DNA of 25,398 nucleotides, taken from positions 1 through 25,398 of the forward strand of contig CANIAI010000001.1 in NCBI GenBank assembly GCA_947465275.1, in the 5' to 3' direction. Origin of the DNA: Acidobacteriota bacterium (lineage in GTDB: Bacteria > Acidobacteriota > Vicinamibacteria > Vicinamibacterales > UBA2999). The notes beneath the pieces are model-generated. The model did no database searches and was not told the DNA's origin. It saw only the letters and a list, made by a program, of their open reading frames with translations. Positions 8,280-16,366 of this stretch are shown here, in pieces. The position numbers and the translations under genes are program-made. Every line of letters begins with the position of its first letter. Positions within the stretch are counted from its first letter, which is position 1.

Positions 8280-9905
8280 TTACCGTCGCGCTTTTCCGAG
8301 CCTGCGCGTGACCATCGCGAGAGCCTCGTGGAACTCGCGGATGCGCAGCAGGTACGCCGCGATGGCCAGGGCGGCCACGGCGGCGCCAATCGCGCCTGAC
8401 AGCCTGATCGCCTGCAGCACGAATCGGCCCCCGGGCAGCAGGCTGGAGAGCAGTCCTTCCGTCGCCACCGCGGTCACCCCCATGATGGCCGAGGCGAGCG
8501 CGACCCGCAGGAACGTGCCGATGACGCGGGCGTCGTCGAGTCCGTCGAGCTGGCGTCGCAGCAGCACCAGCAGCACCGACGCGTTGAAGAGCGCCGCGAG
8601 CGAGGTGCCGAGCGCGAGGCCGCGGTAGCCGAGCAGCCGCACCAGCGTGACGTTCAGCACGACGTTCGCGACCACGGTGGCGATGCTCACCTGCACCGGC
8701 GTCCGGTTGCGCCCCAGGGCGTAAAAAGTCGGTGAGGCGATGCGGACCACCGAATAGCCGAGCAGTCCGAACGCGTAGTAGTTGAGCGCCGCCGCGGTCG
8801 CGATGGTGTCGGCCGCGGTGAAGCGCCCGCGCTCGAAGATGATGCGGACGATCGGCGTGGAGAGGACGACGAGGCCGACCGTCGCCGGCACGTTCAGCAT
8901 CATCATCAGCGACAGGCCGTCGGCGACGGTCGTGCGGACGCCGGCCAGGTCGCGGTCGGCCGCGCGCCGCGACACCGCCGGCAGCGTCGCGGTCGCGATC
9001 GAGACGCCGAACAGCCCGATTGGCAGGTACATCAGCCGGAACGCCAGGTTCAGCCACGACACCGCGCCGGTGCCCTGGCCGGTCGCGAGCACGGTGTTCA
9101 CGAAGACGTTGACCTGCGTCGCGGCGAGGCCGATCGTCCCCGGACCCATCAGCACCAGCACCCGGCGCAGGCCGGGGTCGCGCCAGTCGAGCACCGGGCG
9201 CCACGCGAACCCCTCACGCCGCAGCAGCGGCCACTGCACCGCGAGTTGCGCCGCGCCGCCGACCAGCGTGCCGATCGCGATCGCGGCAATGGGCGGCAGG
9301 CCGAGACGCGGCATCAGCGGCACCAGCGTCACCGCGCAGACGATTGTCGCGACGTTGAACATCGCGGGGGAGAGCGCCGGGACGAAGAACTGGTGCAGCG
9401 AGTTGAGCATCCCCATCACCGCCGCGGCGACCGCGACGAAGGTGAGGAACGGCAGCATGATGCGCGTCAGCTGCGTCGTGAGCGCCAGCTTCCCCGGGAC
9501 GTCGGCGTACTCCGACGCGAAGGCGCCGACCAGCGGCGTGGCGAACAGGATCCCGAGCAGCACGAGGACGCCCGTGATCACCAGCAGCGCGTTGATGACG
9601 TTGTTGCCCAGGCGCCATGCGGCGGGGCGCCCTTCGTTCGCGAGATGGCGGGTGAAGGTCGGGACGAAGGCCGAGCTCATCGCGCCTTCGGCGAAGAGGT
9701 CGCGCACCAGGTTCGGGATGCGGAACGCCACGTTGTAGGCGTCCATCGCATTGCCCGCCCCGAACATCGCGGCAAGCACCTGCTCGCGCACGACGCCGAG
9801 CACCCGGCTCGTCATCGTCGCCGCGCCGGCCGAGGCGGCCGAGCGCGCGAGTGACGGCGAGGCTGGGGGGGCCGGTGGATCCGGAGCGGGAGGAGCCTGG
9901 CTCAC
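8280..9905 (-). CDS. murJ: Lipid II flippase MurJ (MviN)
   Basis: SRVLGVVRE, DAYNVAFRIPNLVRDLFAEGAMSSAFVP, PALSPAMFN, RLMYLPIGLFG; about 14 hydrophobic segments; GTG start. Confidence 0.96.
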   Translation of the reverse strand: MSQAPPAPDPPAPPASPSLARSAASAGAATMTSRVLGVVREQVLAAMFGAGNAMDAYNVAFRIPNLVRDLFAEGAMSSAFVPTFTRHLANEGRPAAWRLGNNVINALLVITGVLVLLGILFATPLVGAFASEYADVPGKLALTTQLTRIMLPFLTFVAVAAAVMGMLNSLHQFFVPALSPAMFNVATIVCAVTLVPLMPRLGLPPIAAIAIGTLVGGAAQLAVQWPLLRREGFAWRPVLDWRDPGLRRVLVLMGPGTIGLAATQVNVFVNTVLATGQGTGAVSWLNLAFRLMYLPIGLFGVSIATATLPAVSRRAADRDLAGVRTTVADGLSLMMMLNVPATVGLVVLSTPIVRIIFERGRFTAADTIATAAALNYYAFGLLGYSVVRIASPTFYALGRNRTPVQVSIATVVANVVLNVTLVRLLGYRGLALGTSLAALFNASVLLVLLRRQLDGLDDARVIGTFLRVALASAIMGVTAVATEGLLSSLLPGGRFVLQAIRLSGAIGAAVAALAIAAYLLRIREFHEALAMVTRRLGKARR

Positions 9906-9918
9906 CGGCTGGCGCGCC

Positions 9919-10371
9919 CTAGGAGGCGCCGAGGCGCCGACGCACCACTTCGTTGATCGTCCGCCCGTCGGCCGACTTGCCGGCCAGCTTCGGCGGCACG
10001 GCCTTCATGACCTTGCCCATGTCCTTGACGGTCGTGGCGCCGGTCTCGGCGATCGCCTCGGCCACGGCGGCCTCGATCTCCTCCGCGGATGCGGCTGGCG
10101 GCAGGTAGCGTTCCAGCACCGTGATCTCGGCCGACTCACGCTCCACGAGGTCGGTGCGCCCGGCCTTCGAGAACTGGTCGATCGAGTCGCGCCGCTGCTT
10201 GACGAGCGAGGCGACGACCTGCAGCACCTCGGCGTCGTCGAGGTCGTGCCCCTTCTCGATGCCCCGGGTGGTGATGGCGCTCTTCAGCATGCGGAGCGCC
10301 GACAGGCGCACCTGTTCGCGGGCCTTCATCGCCACGGTGATGTCGGCGTTGACCGTCTCGGTCAGTGTCAT
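9919..10371 (-). CDS. yqeY: GatB/YqeY domain-containing protein
   Basis: AMKAREQVRLSALRMLKSAI, VKQRRDSIDQFSKAGRTDL, YLP, KDMGKVM, ADG. RBS GAGGGA upstream. Confidence 0.92.
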   Translation of the reverse strand: MTLTETVNADITVAMKAREQVRLSALRMLKSAITTRGIEKGHDLDDAEVLQVVASLVKQRRDSIDQFSKAGRTDLVERESAEITVLERYLPPAASAEEIEAAVAEAIAETGATTVKDMGKVMKAVPPKLAGKSADGRTINEVVRRRLGAS

Positions 10372-10417
10372 GGTCCCTCAGTGTCTGCTTCGGAAGAGTC
10401 TGCGTCGGAGCGTTCCG

Positions 10418-11461
10418 TCAGTGGTCCTGATCCGAGTCGCCGAGCGTGACGTGCCAGCGGCTCGTGTCGTCGTAGAACCCGCCCGGCACCTGGACGGCGT
10501 TCACCTTCACCCCGACTTCCAGCGTCGACTTCACGACGAAGTAGCCGTTCTTCCGGAGGATGCGCCGGAACGCCGCGTTCAGCACGTAAGCCCGCACCTT
10601 GTCGGAGTCTTCGGCGCGCGCCACCCGATCGACCCAGCGCAGCAGCGTCTTCACGCCCGACACGTCGTCGGGGTCGGCCAGCAGGTCGACCAGCATCGTG
10701 ACACGCCCGAGCGGTTCGTGCCGGTGACGGTAGACGGCGTAGCCGTGCGTCTCGCCGTTGCGCTTCAGCGCCACCACCGAGTAGCGGACGTGCGGCGGCT
10801 CGAAGTAGCGCCAGTTCAGGTAGGCCGCATCGCGGCGGACCGCGAGATCGAACTTCGGCGCGAGCCGTTCCCAGAGCGCGGTGAACGAGGCGTCGAAGCG
10901 GCGGATCGGCTCACACTCGGCGCGCAGCGGCCGCGAGCGCGACACGATCTGGATGACCGGGGACGTGACAGCGGACAGCAGCCGGTTGACGACGAGCGGC
11001 AGGCTCGGCACCCGGACGGCCCGCCGCGTCAGCGGCTTCACGACGCAGGGAACGATGTTCGGCTCGGGCCAGTGCAGCCGCTCGAGCATCTGGCGCGAGT
11101 CGCCCGACACGCCCAGCGTGAGCACCGCTCCGCTGTTCCGGTCCCAGGCGCGGACGAGCGCTTCGCCAAGCCCCTGGCGCTCCCGTTCGGGGGCCACCTT
11201 GGCGTCGGTCCCCCACGCCGCCTCGACCTCGAGCCCCTTGACCGAGAGCCGCACGGGCAGCGTCGGGTAGTGGCCGATGACGGTCGGACCCTCTCGCGCG
11301 ACCCAGATGCCGGGCTGGCCGGTGGCGTTGTACGGATTCCGGCGATGCTGCCACTCCCAGCGGAGGCGGCTCGCCTCGGCGGCATCGGCGCCGTGGGTCC
11401 GCCGGTACAGCGTGTCGACGCCGCGGCGGTCTTCGGGTCTGAAGCGATCGATTTCGGACAT
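10418..11461 (-). CDS. GNAT-family N-acyltransferase, probably with two GNAT folds
   Basis: N-domain WVAREGPTVIGHY...TDAKVAPERERQGLGEAL (motif A). The second half contains RRDAAYLNWRY and GETHGYAVYR. 347 aa. Confidence 0.8.
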   Translation of the reverse strand: MSEIDRFRPEDRRGVDTLYRRTHGADAAEASRLRWEWQHRRNPYNATGQPGIWVAREGPTVIGHYPTLPVRLSVKGLEVEAAWGTDAKVAPERERQGLGEALVRAWDRNSGAVLTLGVSGDSRQMLERLHWPEPNIVPCVVKPLTRRAVRVPSLPLVVNRLLSAVTSPVIQIVSRSRPLRAECEPIRRFDASFTALWERLAPKFDLAVRRDAAYLNWRYFEPPHVRYSVVALKRNGETHGYAVYRHRHEPLGRVTMLVDLLADPDDVSGVKTLLRWVDRVARAEDSDKVRAYVLNAAFRRILRKNGYFVVKSTLEVGVKVNAVQVPGGFYDDTSRWHVTLGDSDQDH

Positions 11462-11498
11462 GTCTGGACACCGCCACGCGGGCCGCGCGGTCGTGACT

Positions 11499-11504
11499 AT
11501 TCTA
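11499..11504 (-). promoter_or_regulatory. Putative sigma70 -10 box (TAGAAT) for GNAT-yqeY-murJ
   Basis: TAGAAT lies 37 nt upstream of the ATG in an otherwise very GC-rich gap; no convincing -35. Confidence 0.4.
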
Positions 11505-11554
11505 TCGGCACTTGGCGCGGCCGTCCGGCAGGAGTCCGCGACAGGCGCCGCCCG

Positions 11555-12289
11555 TCAGTCCTGCAGCGGACGAACGACCTGTCCTGTGGGCTGCTGCGGC
11601 GGGGGCACCGGTGTCACGACGCCGGGTTGCGCGCCAGACCCGCTGGGCACCCCGAACGGATTGGTGGGTGACGTCGTCACCGGCGCCGGGGCCTGGCCGC
11701 CCTGCTGCACGCCGGTCTGTGAACCCGAACGGAACCCGGGCTGCGTCAGCGGCTGCGGGGTCACCCCCGGCTGCTGCGGGACGAACCCGGGCTGCTGCGG
11801 ACCGAAGCCGGGCTGGGGCACGTCGGTGATCGGTTCTTCCTCGGGATCATCCGGCAGCGGCGCGATTGATGGCTGCGGCGGTCGGAACGCGTTGCCGGCG
11901 GGCGTCGCCTGCGCCGGGATGAACCGCGGGGCGGCGCTCGTCGGCAGGATCAGGATGCGGTTGAACGTCGAGCTCGGGTTGCCGGCCGGCGGCCGCAGTG
12001 CGAGCACGTATCCCGCGACATTGCGCAGCAGGATGTCGAGCGCCTGCCGTTCCGACACGTTCTCGAGGTCGAGCGTGACCGGCGCGCCGCCGACCCGTTC
12101 GGCGTTCACCACGCGCGTATCGCCCACCCGCGCCCACTCGGCGAGGATGGCGCGGACCGGCACGTTCTGGGCGTGCAGCGTCACCCGTCCGTCGTGGAAC
12201 TGGAGCGAGAGCGGCTGCTGGGCCGCGGCCGGGCGTGCTGCCGCGAGGGCAACCACGAGCACGAACAGGAACCGGCGCATCTGCGGCAT
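11555..12289 (-). CDS. Secreted protein with a secretin-N0/STN-like domain and a Pro/Gln-rich disordered tail
   Basis: RBS AAGGAG 5 nt before ATG 12289 and signal peptide MPQMRRFLFVLVVALAAARPAAA|QQ. Residues ~36-96 (VTLHAQNVPVRAILAEWARVG...GAPVTLDLENVSERQALDILL) follow the N0/STN pattern. The remainder is low-complexity P/Q/G/T. Confidence 0.7.
   Translation of the reverse strand: MPQMRRFLFVLVVALAAARPAAAQQPLSLQFHDGRVTLHAQNVPVRAILAEWARVGDTRVVNAERVGGAPVTLDLENVSERQALDILLRNVAGYVLALRPPAGNPSSTFNRILILPTSAAPRFIPAQATPAGNAFRPPQPSIAPLPDDPEEEPITDVPQPGFGPQQPGFVPQQPGVTPQPLTQPGFRSGSQTGVQQGGQAPAPVTTSPTNPFGVPSGSGAQPGVVTPVPPPQQPTGQVVRPLQD
11732..11821 (-). repeat. In-frame ~21-nt tandem repeats encoding PQ(Q)PG(F/V)
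   Basis: Protein VPQPGFG-PQQPGFV-PQQPGVT-PQPLT-QPGF; DNA units such as AACCCGGGCTGCTGCGG recur. Confidence 0.75.
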
Positions 12290-12355
12290 GTCTTCTCCTT
12301 CGGCCCGGCGGAACCTGGGCTGTAGGGCACAGAGCCCAACGTGGGGGGACGTCCG

Positions 12356-12385
12356 AGTATACGACCCGGATGGCGCGGTCGCCAT
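12356..12385 (-). promoter_or_regulatory. Putative promoter for the STN-like gene (-10 TATACT), with an inverted repeat over the -35 region
   Basis: TATACT at 12361-12356, and a weak -35 TGGCGA at 17-bp spacing. Perfect inverted repeat ATGGCG-CGGT-CGCCAT at 12370-12385. Confidence 0.45.
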
Positions 12386-12401
12386 GCCGCCCGCCCGGCG
12401 C

Positions 12402-13364
12402 CTAGCTGGTCCGCATGTGATCGATGACGCGGGTGATGATCTCGTCCAGCGCCAGGCTCGGCTCGTAGCCGACGAAGTTCCGAATCTTCGTGATGTCGGG
12501 CACGCGGCGCGGCATGTCCTCGAACCCCGCCTCGTACGCCTGGTCGTACGGGATGAACTGAATCTCGGACGAGCTGCCGGTCATCGCCTTCACCTTGCGC
12601 GCGAGCTCGGCGATGGACACCTCACCGGTGTTGCCGATGTTGAAGACCTCGCCCACGGCGCGGGGCTCCGCCAGCAGCCGCACGAGGCCCTCGACGACGT
12701 CGCCCACGTAGGTGAAGCTGCGCGACTGGGTGCCGTCGCCGAACACGGTAATCGGCTGGCCGGCCAGCGCCTGCCGCACGAAGGTCGGGAGCACCATGCC
12801 GTACTGACCCGTCTGCCGGGGGCCGACGGTGTTGAAGAGCCGCACGACGATCACGGGGAGCTTCCGCTCCTTCCAGTAGGCGAGCGCGAGAAATTCGTCG
12901 ATCAGCTTGCTGCAGGCGTACGCCCAGCGGTGCTTGATGCTCGGACCCAGTGTGAGGTCGGCGTCCTCGCGGAAGGGCACGGCCGTGCTCTTCCCGTAGA
13001 CCTCGGAGGTCGACGCGATCACCACGAGCTTCTTCTTCTTGTTCGCCGTCCGCAGCACCACCTCGGTGCCGTGGACGTTGGTCTCGATCGTGTGCACCGG
13101 CTGCTCCACGATCAGCTTCACGCCCACCGCCGCGGCCAGGTGGAACACCACGTCGTTCCGGTCGATCAGCTCGGCGAGCAACGCCTCATTGGTCACCGAG
13201 TCGATGACGTAGGTGAAGCCGTCGCGTCCCTTCAGGCGATCGACATTGGCAATCGAGCCGGTGGACAGGTTGTCGAGTACGGCCACCTCGTGACCGTCGT
13301 CGAGCAGGCGTTCCGACAGGTGCGAGCCGACGAAGCCGGCGCCGCCCGTGATGAGAACCTTCAC
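12402..13364 (-). CDS. Extended SDR (NDP-sugar epimerase/dehydratase/decarboxylase), ArnA-decarboxylase-like
   Basis: GGAGFVG, DNLSTG, HLAAAVG, ASTSEVYGK, RWAYACSK (YxxxK intact), RLFNTVGPRQ, GDGTQSRSF. GTG start overlaps the upstream stop (GTGA). Confidence 0.9.
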   Translation of the reverse strand: MKVLITGGAGFVGSHLSERLLDDGHEVAVLDNLSTGSIANVDRLKGRDGFTYVIDSVTNEALLAELIDRNDVVFHLAAAVGVKLIVEQPVHTIETNVHGTEVVLRTANKKKKLVVIASTSEVYGKSTAVPFREDADLTLGPSIKHRWAYACSKLIDEFLALAYWKERKLPVIVVRLFNTVGPRQTGQYGMVLPTFVRQALAGQPITVFGDGTQSRSFTYVGDVVEGLVRLLAEPRAVGEVFNIGNTGEVSIAELARKVKAMTGSSSEIQFIPYDQAYEAGFEDMPRRVPDITKIRNFVGYEPSLALDEIITRVIDHMRTS

Positions 13365-14479
13365 GCGAACACACGTCCTTTCATGAACCTGTCGACCGAT
13401 GCCGCCACCGCGTCCACCTCGTCATCACGCAGATGCGGATGCAGCGGCAGCGAGAGCAGCTGACGCGCCGCCGCCGACGCCCGCGGACACGGCGCCGGAT
13501 TGAACGGCGCGAACGCGGGCTGCTCGTGCAGAGGGATCGGGTAGTGGATGAGCGTCTCGATGCCGTCGGCGCGGAGGTGCGCCTGCAGCGCGTCCCGCTC
13601 CGCCACGCGGACCGGGAAGAGATGGTACACGTGCCCGGGGTGACGCTCGGTCACCGGCCGGACGCCCGGGGGCAGCTGGCGGCGGTAGCGCGCCGCGAGC
13701 GCGCGGCGCCTGCGTGTCGCGTCCGCGAGTCGAGGGAGCCGCACGCGCAGGATGGCGGCCTGCAGCTCGTCGAGGCGGCTGTTGATCCCCGTTTCGACGT
13801 GGTGGTACCGGTCGCGTTGCCCGCCGTTGCGGAGACGGCGCAGGCGGGTGGCGACCTCCGCGTCATCGGTGATGATCGCGCCGCCGTCGCCCATCGCGCC
13901 AAGGTTCTTCGTCGGGTAGAAGCTGAAGGCCCCGCCGACGCCGCGCAGGCCGACCGGCACACCACCGGCCGTGCAGAGGTGCGCCTGGCAGCAGTCCTCG
14001 ACGAACGCGAGCTGGTGCCTGATCGCAAGGGCATGCAGCGCATGCACGTCGGCGGCCTGTCCGTACAGGTGCACCGGCAGGATGGCGCGCGTCCGCGATG
14101 TGACCGCGGCGGCGGCCGCGGCCGGGTCCATGGTCAGCGACGCGTCCTCGACGTCAACCACCACCGGTACCGCGCCGATGCTCGTCACCGCGAGGGCGGT
14201 GAACGCCGCCGTGATCGCTGGCACCAGCACCTCGTCACCCGGGCCGACTCCGGCCGCGCGCAGCAGCAGGGCGATTGCGTCGGTGCCGTTGGCGACGGCG
14301 ACCGCATGCGAGGCGCCGCACGCCGAGGCGAACTCGCGCTCGAAGGCGTCCACCTCAGGGCCGAGCACGTACCAGCCGCTCCCGACCACCCGCGCGATCG
14401 CCGCATCGATGGCGGCGCGCTCGTCCCCGGGGCCATCGGCGGGCCGCAGCTGGTTGAAGGGAATCCGAGGGGCGCTCAC
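13361..14479 (-). CDS. DegT/DnrJ/EryC1/StrS PLP-dependent NDP-sugar aminotransferase
   Basis: VANGTDA, PVHLYGQ, EDCCQAH, FSFYPTKNLGAMGDGG (PLP Lys), INSRLDELQAAIL, LSLPLHP. Confidence 0.95.
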   Translation of the reverse strand: MSAPRIPFNQLRPADGPGDERAAIDAAIARVVGSGWYVLGPEVDAFEREFASACGASHAVAVANGTDAIALLLRAAGVGPGDEVLVPAITAAFTALAVTSIGAVPVVVDVEDASLTMDPAAAAAAVTSRTRAILPVHLYGQAADVHALHALAIRHQLAFVEDCCQAHLCTAGGVPVGLRGVGGAFSFYPTKNLGAMGDGGAIITDDAEVATRLRRLRNGGQRDRYHHVETGINSRLDELQAAILRVRLPRLADATRRRRALAARYRRQLPPGVRPVTERHPGHVYHLFPVRVAERDALQAHLRADGIETLIHYPIPLHEQPAFAPFNPAPCPRASAAARQLLSLPLHPHLRDDEVDAVAASVDRFMKGRVFA

Positions 14480-15501
14480 AGCGCGGCGACCCGCTCGTCC
14501 GCCGCTGGCACGTACTGATCGAGGCAGCCCCGGTAGTAGGCGAACGTCTGACGCAGGCCGTCGGCCAGCGTGGTCGTGGGACGCCAGCCGAGCACCTCGC
14601 CGATGCGGCTGGAATCAGCGTAGAAGTCGCCGATGTCGATCGCCTTCCGGTCGGCCGGCCAGTCGACGAAGCGGTAGCGGCCGCTGCCGGCGCTCTCGAC
14701 CATCAGGCGCACGAGGTCGCGGTGCGCGATGGGCTCCATGCCGCCCACGTTGAACACTTCGCCGTTCGCGGCGTCGCTCGCCCCTGCGCGCAGGAACGCA
14801 TCCGCCGCGTCATCCACGTACACGAAGTCACGCAGCTGGTGGCCGTCGCCATAGACCTGGATCTCGCGGTCCTCGAGGGCGAGCCGGACGAACCAGCCGA
14901 TGAACCCCTGGCGATTGTGCTTCAGCAGCTGTCGCGGTCCGTAGACGTTGGTCAGACGCAGGGAACAGGCCCGCACGCCGAACACGTTGTTGTAGACCAG
15001 GTGGTAGTACTCGCCCGCCACCTTGTTGATCCCGTTGACGTCGGTCGGGCGCACGAGGTGGCGTTCGGTGACGGGCAGCGAGTCCGGACGCCCGTACACC
15101 TGTCGCGTGCCGGCGAACACCACCTTCACCCCGGGGTTGTTCCGGCGGCAGGCCTCGAGCAGCGTCAGCTGGCTGCGGCAGTTGATCTCGAGGTCGGTGT
15201 ACGGGTCTTCCATGCTGTCGACATGGCTGACCTGACCGGCCAGGTTGAAGATCACTTCCTGGTTCTGGACCAGGTGGTTCATCGTGCTCTCGTGCCGGAT
15301 GTCCGCGACGTTCACCCGCACCCGGTCATCGATGCCGTCGACGTTGTACAGGTTGCCGCCGTAGTCGGGGATGAGGGCGTCGATGAGCAGCACGCTCGCG
15401 CCCAGATCGACCAGCTGGCGGGCGAGATTGCTGCCGATGAAGCCGAGCCCACCCGTGATCGCGACCCGGCGGCCCTGGTAGAAGGCGCGATAATCGGTCA
15501 C
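14476..15501 (-). CDS. Atypical extended SDR (NDP-sugar modifying) with NxxxK in place of YxxxK
   Basis: ITGGLGFIGSNL, NLAGQVSH, FAGTRQVYG, PTDVNGINK, LRLTNVYGPRQ, GDGHQLRDFVYVDD. Confidence 0.88.
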   Translation of the reverse strand: MTDYRAFYQGRRVAITGGLGFIGSNLARQLVDLGASVLLIDALIPDYGGNLYNVDGIDDRVRVNVADIRHESTMNHLVQNQEVIFNLAGQVSHVDSMEDPYTDLEINCRSQLTLLEACRRNNPGVKVVFAGTRQVYGRPDSLPVTERHLVRPTDVNGINKVAGEYYHLVYNNVFGVRACSLRLTNVYGPRQLLKHNRQGFIGWFVRLALEDREIQVYGDGHQLRDFVYVDDAADAFLRAGASDAANGEVFNVGGMEPIAHRDLVRLMVESAGSGRYRFVDWPADRKAIDIGDFYADSSRIGEVLGWRPTTTLADGLRQTFAYYRGCLDQYVPAADERVAAL

Positions 15502-16289
15502 GGCTGGGAGTCGGGCGGTACGGTGTTGACCGCCGGGTGGCGGACGGTGGCTCGCGTGGTGCCGCGCCGCCGGAAGACGACGAGCTGGAACCAGAGCTTC
15601 AGGACGTCGACACCCGTCCAGAACACACGACGGAAGTTGAAGAACTGCGAGCGCCCGTGGAGCCGGTGGTAGTGATGCACCGGGACCTCGACGACACCGC
15701 AGCCGGCGTCCTGGAACTTCCGCATCATCTCGAGGCAGATCACCCCGGTATTCCGCTCGAGCGAGACGCGATCGAAGACCGAGCGGCGAATCAGCCGGAA
15801 GTCGCAGTCGACGTCGCGCACCTTCAGGTTGAAGAGGAACTTCACGGTGTGGTGATACAGGCGCCCGATGATGATCCGGTGCAGCGGGTCGGCACGGCTG
15901 ATCTTGTAGCCGTTGACGAAGTCGGCCTCGGGCGTCAGCCTGTTCCAGAGCAGCTCGAACTCGTTGGGGTCGTACTGCGCGTCGCCGTCCGTGTAGGCGA
16001 CCAGATCCTTGGTTGCGGACGCGAAGCCCGTGCGGAGCGCGCCGCCGTATCCGCGGTTCCGCGGGTGGTGCACCACGCGAACCGCCGGATAGGTACGCGC
16101 GAGCTCGTCCGCGACCTGCGCCGTGGAGTCGGAGCTGCCGTCGTTGACCACGATCACCTCGTAGTCGTCGGTCAGGCGGCTCGCCACCTGGACGGCCTGG
16201 ATCACGAGGCTGGCGATCGTTCCCGCGTCGTTGTACGCCGGGAAGAAGATGCTCAGGCCCGGACGGCGGGACGCACCGTGCACGCTCAT
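15498..16289 (-). CDS. GT2 glycosyltransferase, polyprenyl-phosphate glycosyltransferase (DPM1/Ppm1-like), without a long TM tail
   Basis: LSIFFPAYND, VNDGSSD, NRGYGGA, TDGDAQY (DxD), RDVDCDFRL, HYHRLHGRSQF. Start placed at ATG 16289. Confidence 0.9.
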   Translation of the reverse strand: MSVHGASRRPGLSIFFPAYNDAGTIASLVIQAVQVASRLTDDYEVIVVNDGSSDSTAQVADELARTYPAVRVVHHPRNRGYGGALRTGFASATKDLVAYTDGDAQYDPNEFELLWNRLTPEADFVNGYKISRADPLHRIIIGRLYHHTVKFLFNLKVRDVDCDFRLIRRSVFDRVSLERNTGVICLEMMRKFQDAGCGVVEVPVHHYHRLHGRSQFFNFRRVFWTGVDVLKLWFQLVVFRRRGTTRATVRHPAVNTVPPDSQP

Positions 16290-16303
16290 GGTCTGGGGAG
16301 GCA

Positions 16304-16312
16304 AAGGTACCA
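16304..16312 (-). promoter_or_regulatory. Putative internal extended -10 promoter (TG-G-TACCTT)
   Basis: Located in the 77-bp gap between the two GT2 genes, 14 nt before ATG 16289; no SD sequence follows. Confidence 0.35.
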
Positions 16313-16366
16313 CGCGGCGTGGCGCCCCGCTAGGGCTGGTGGACGAAATCGGCTCCGGCCCGTCAC

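Noticed and set aside
12402-13364. Calling the SDR a UDP-apiose synthase
   Set aside because: RWAYACSK is similar, but it has STSE rather than the STCE of apiose synthases; kept only as ArnA-like.
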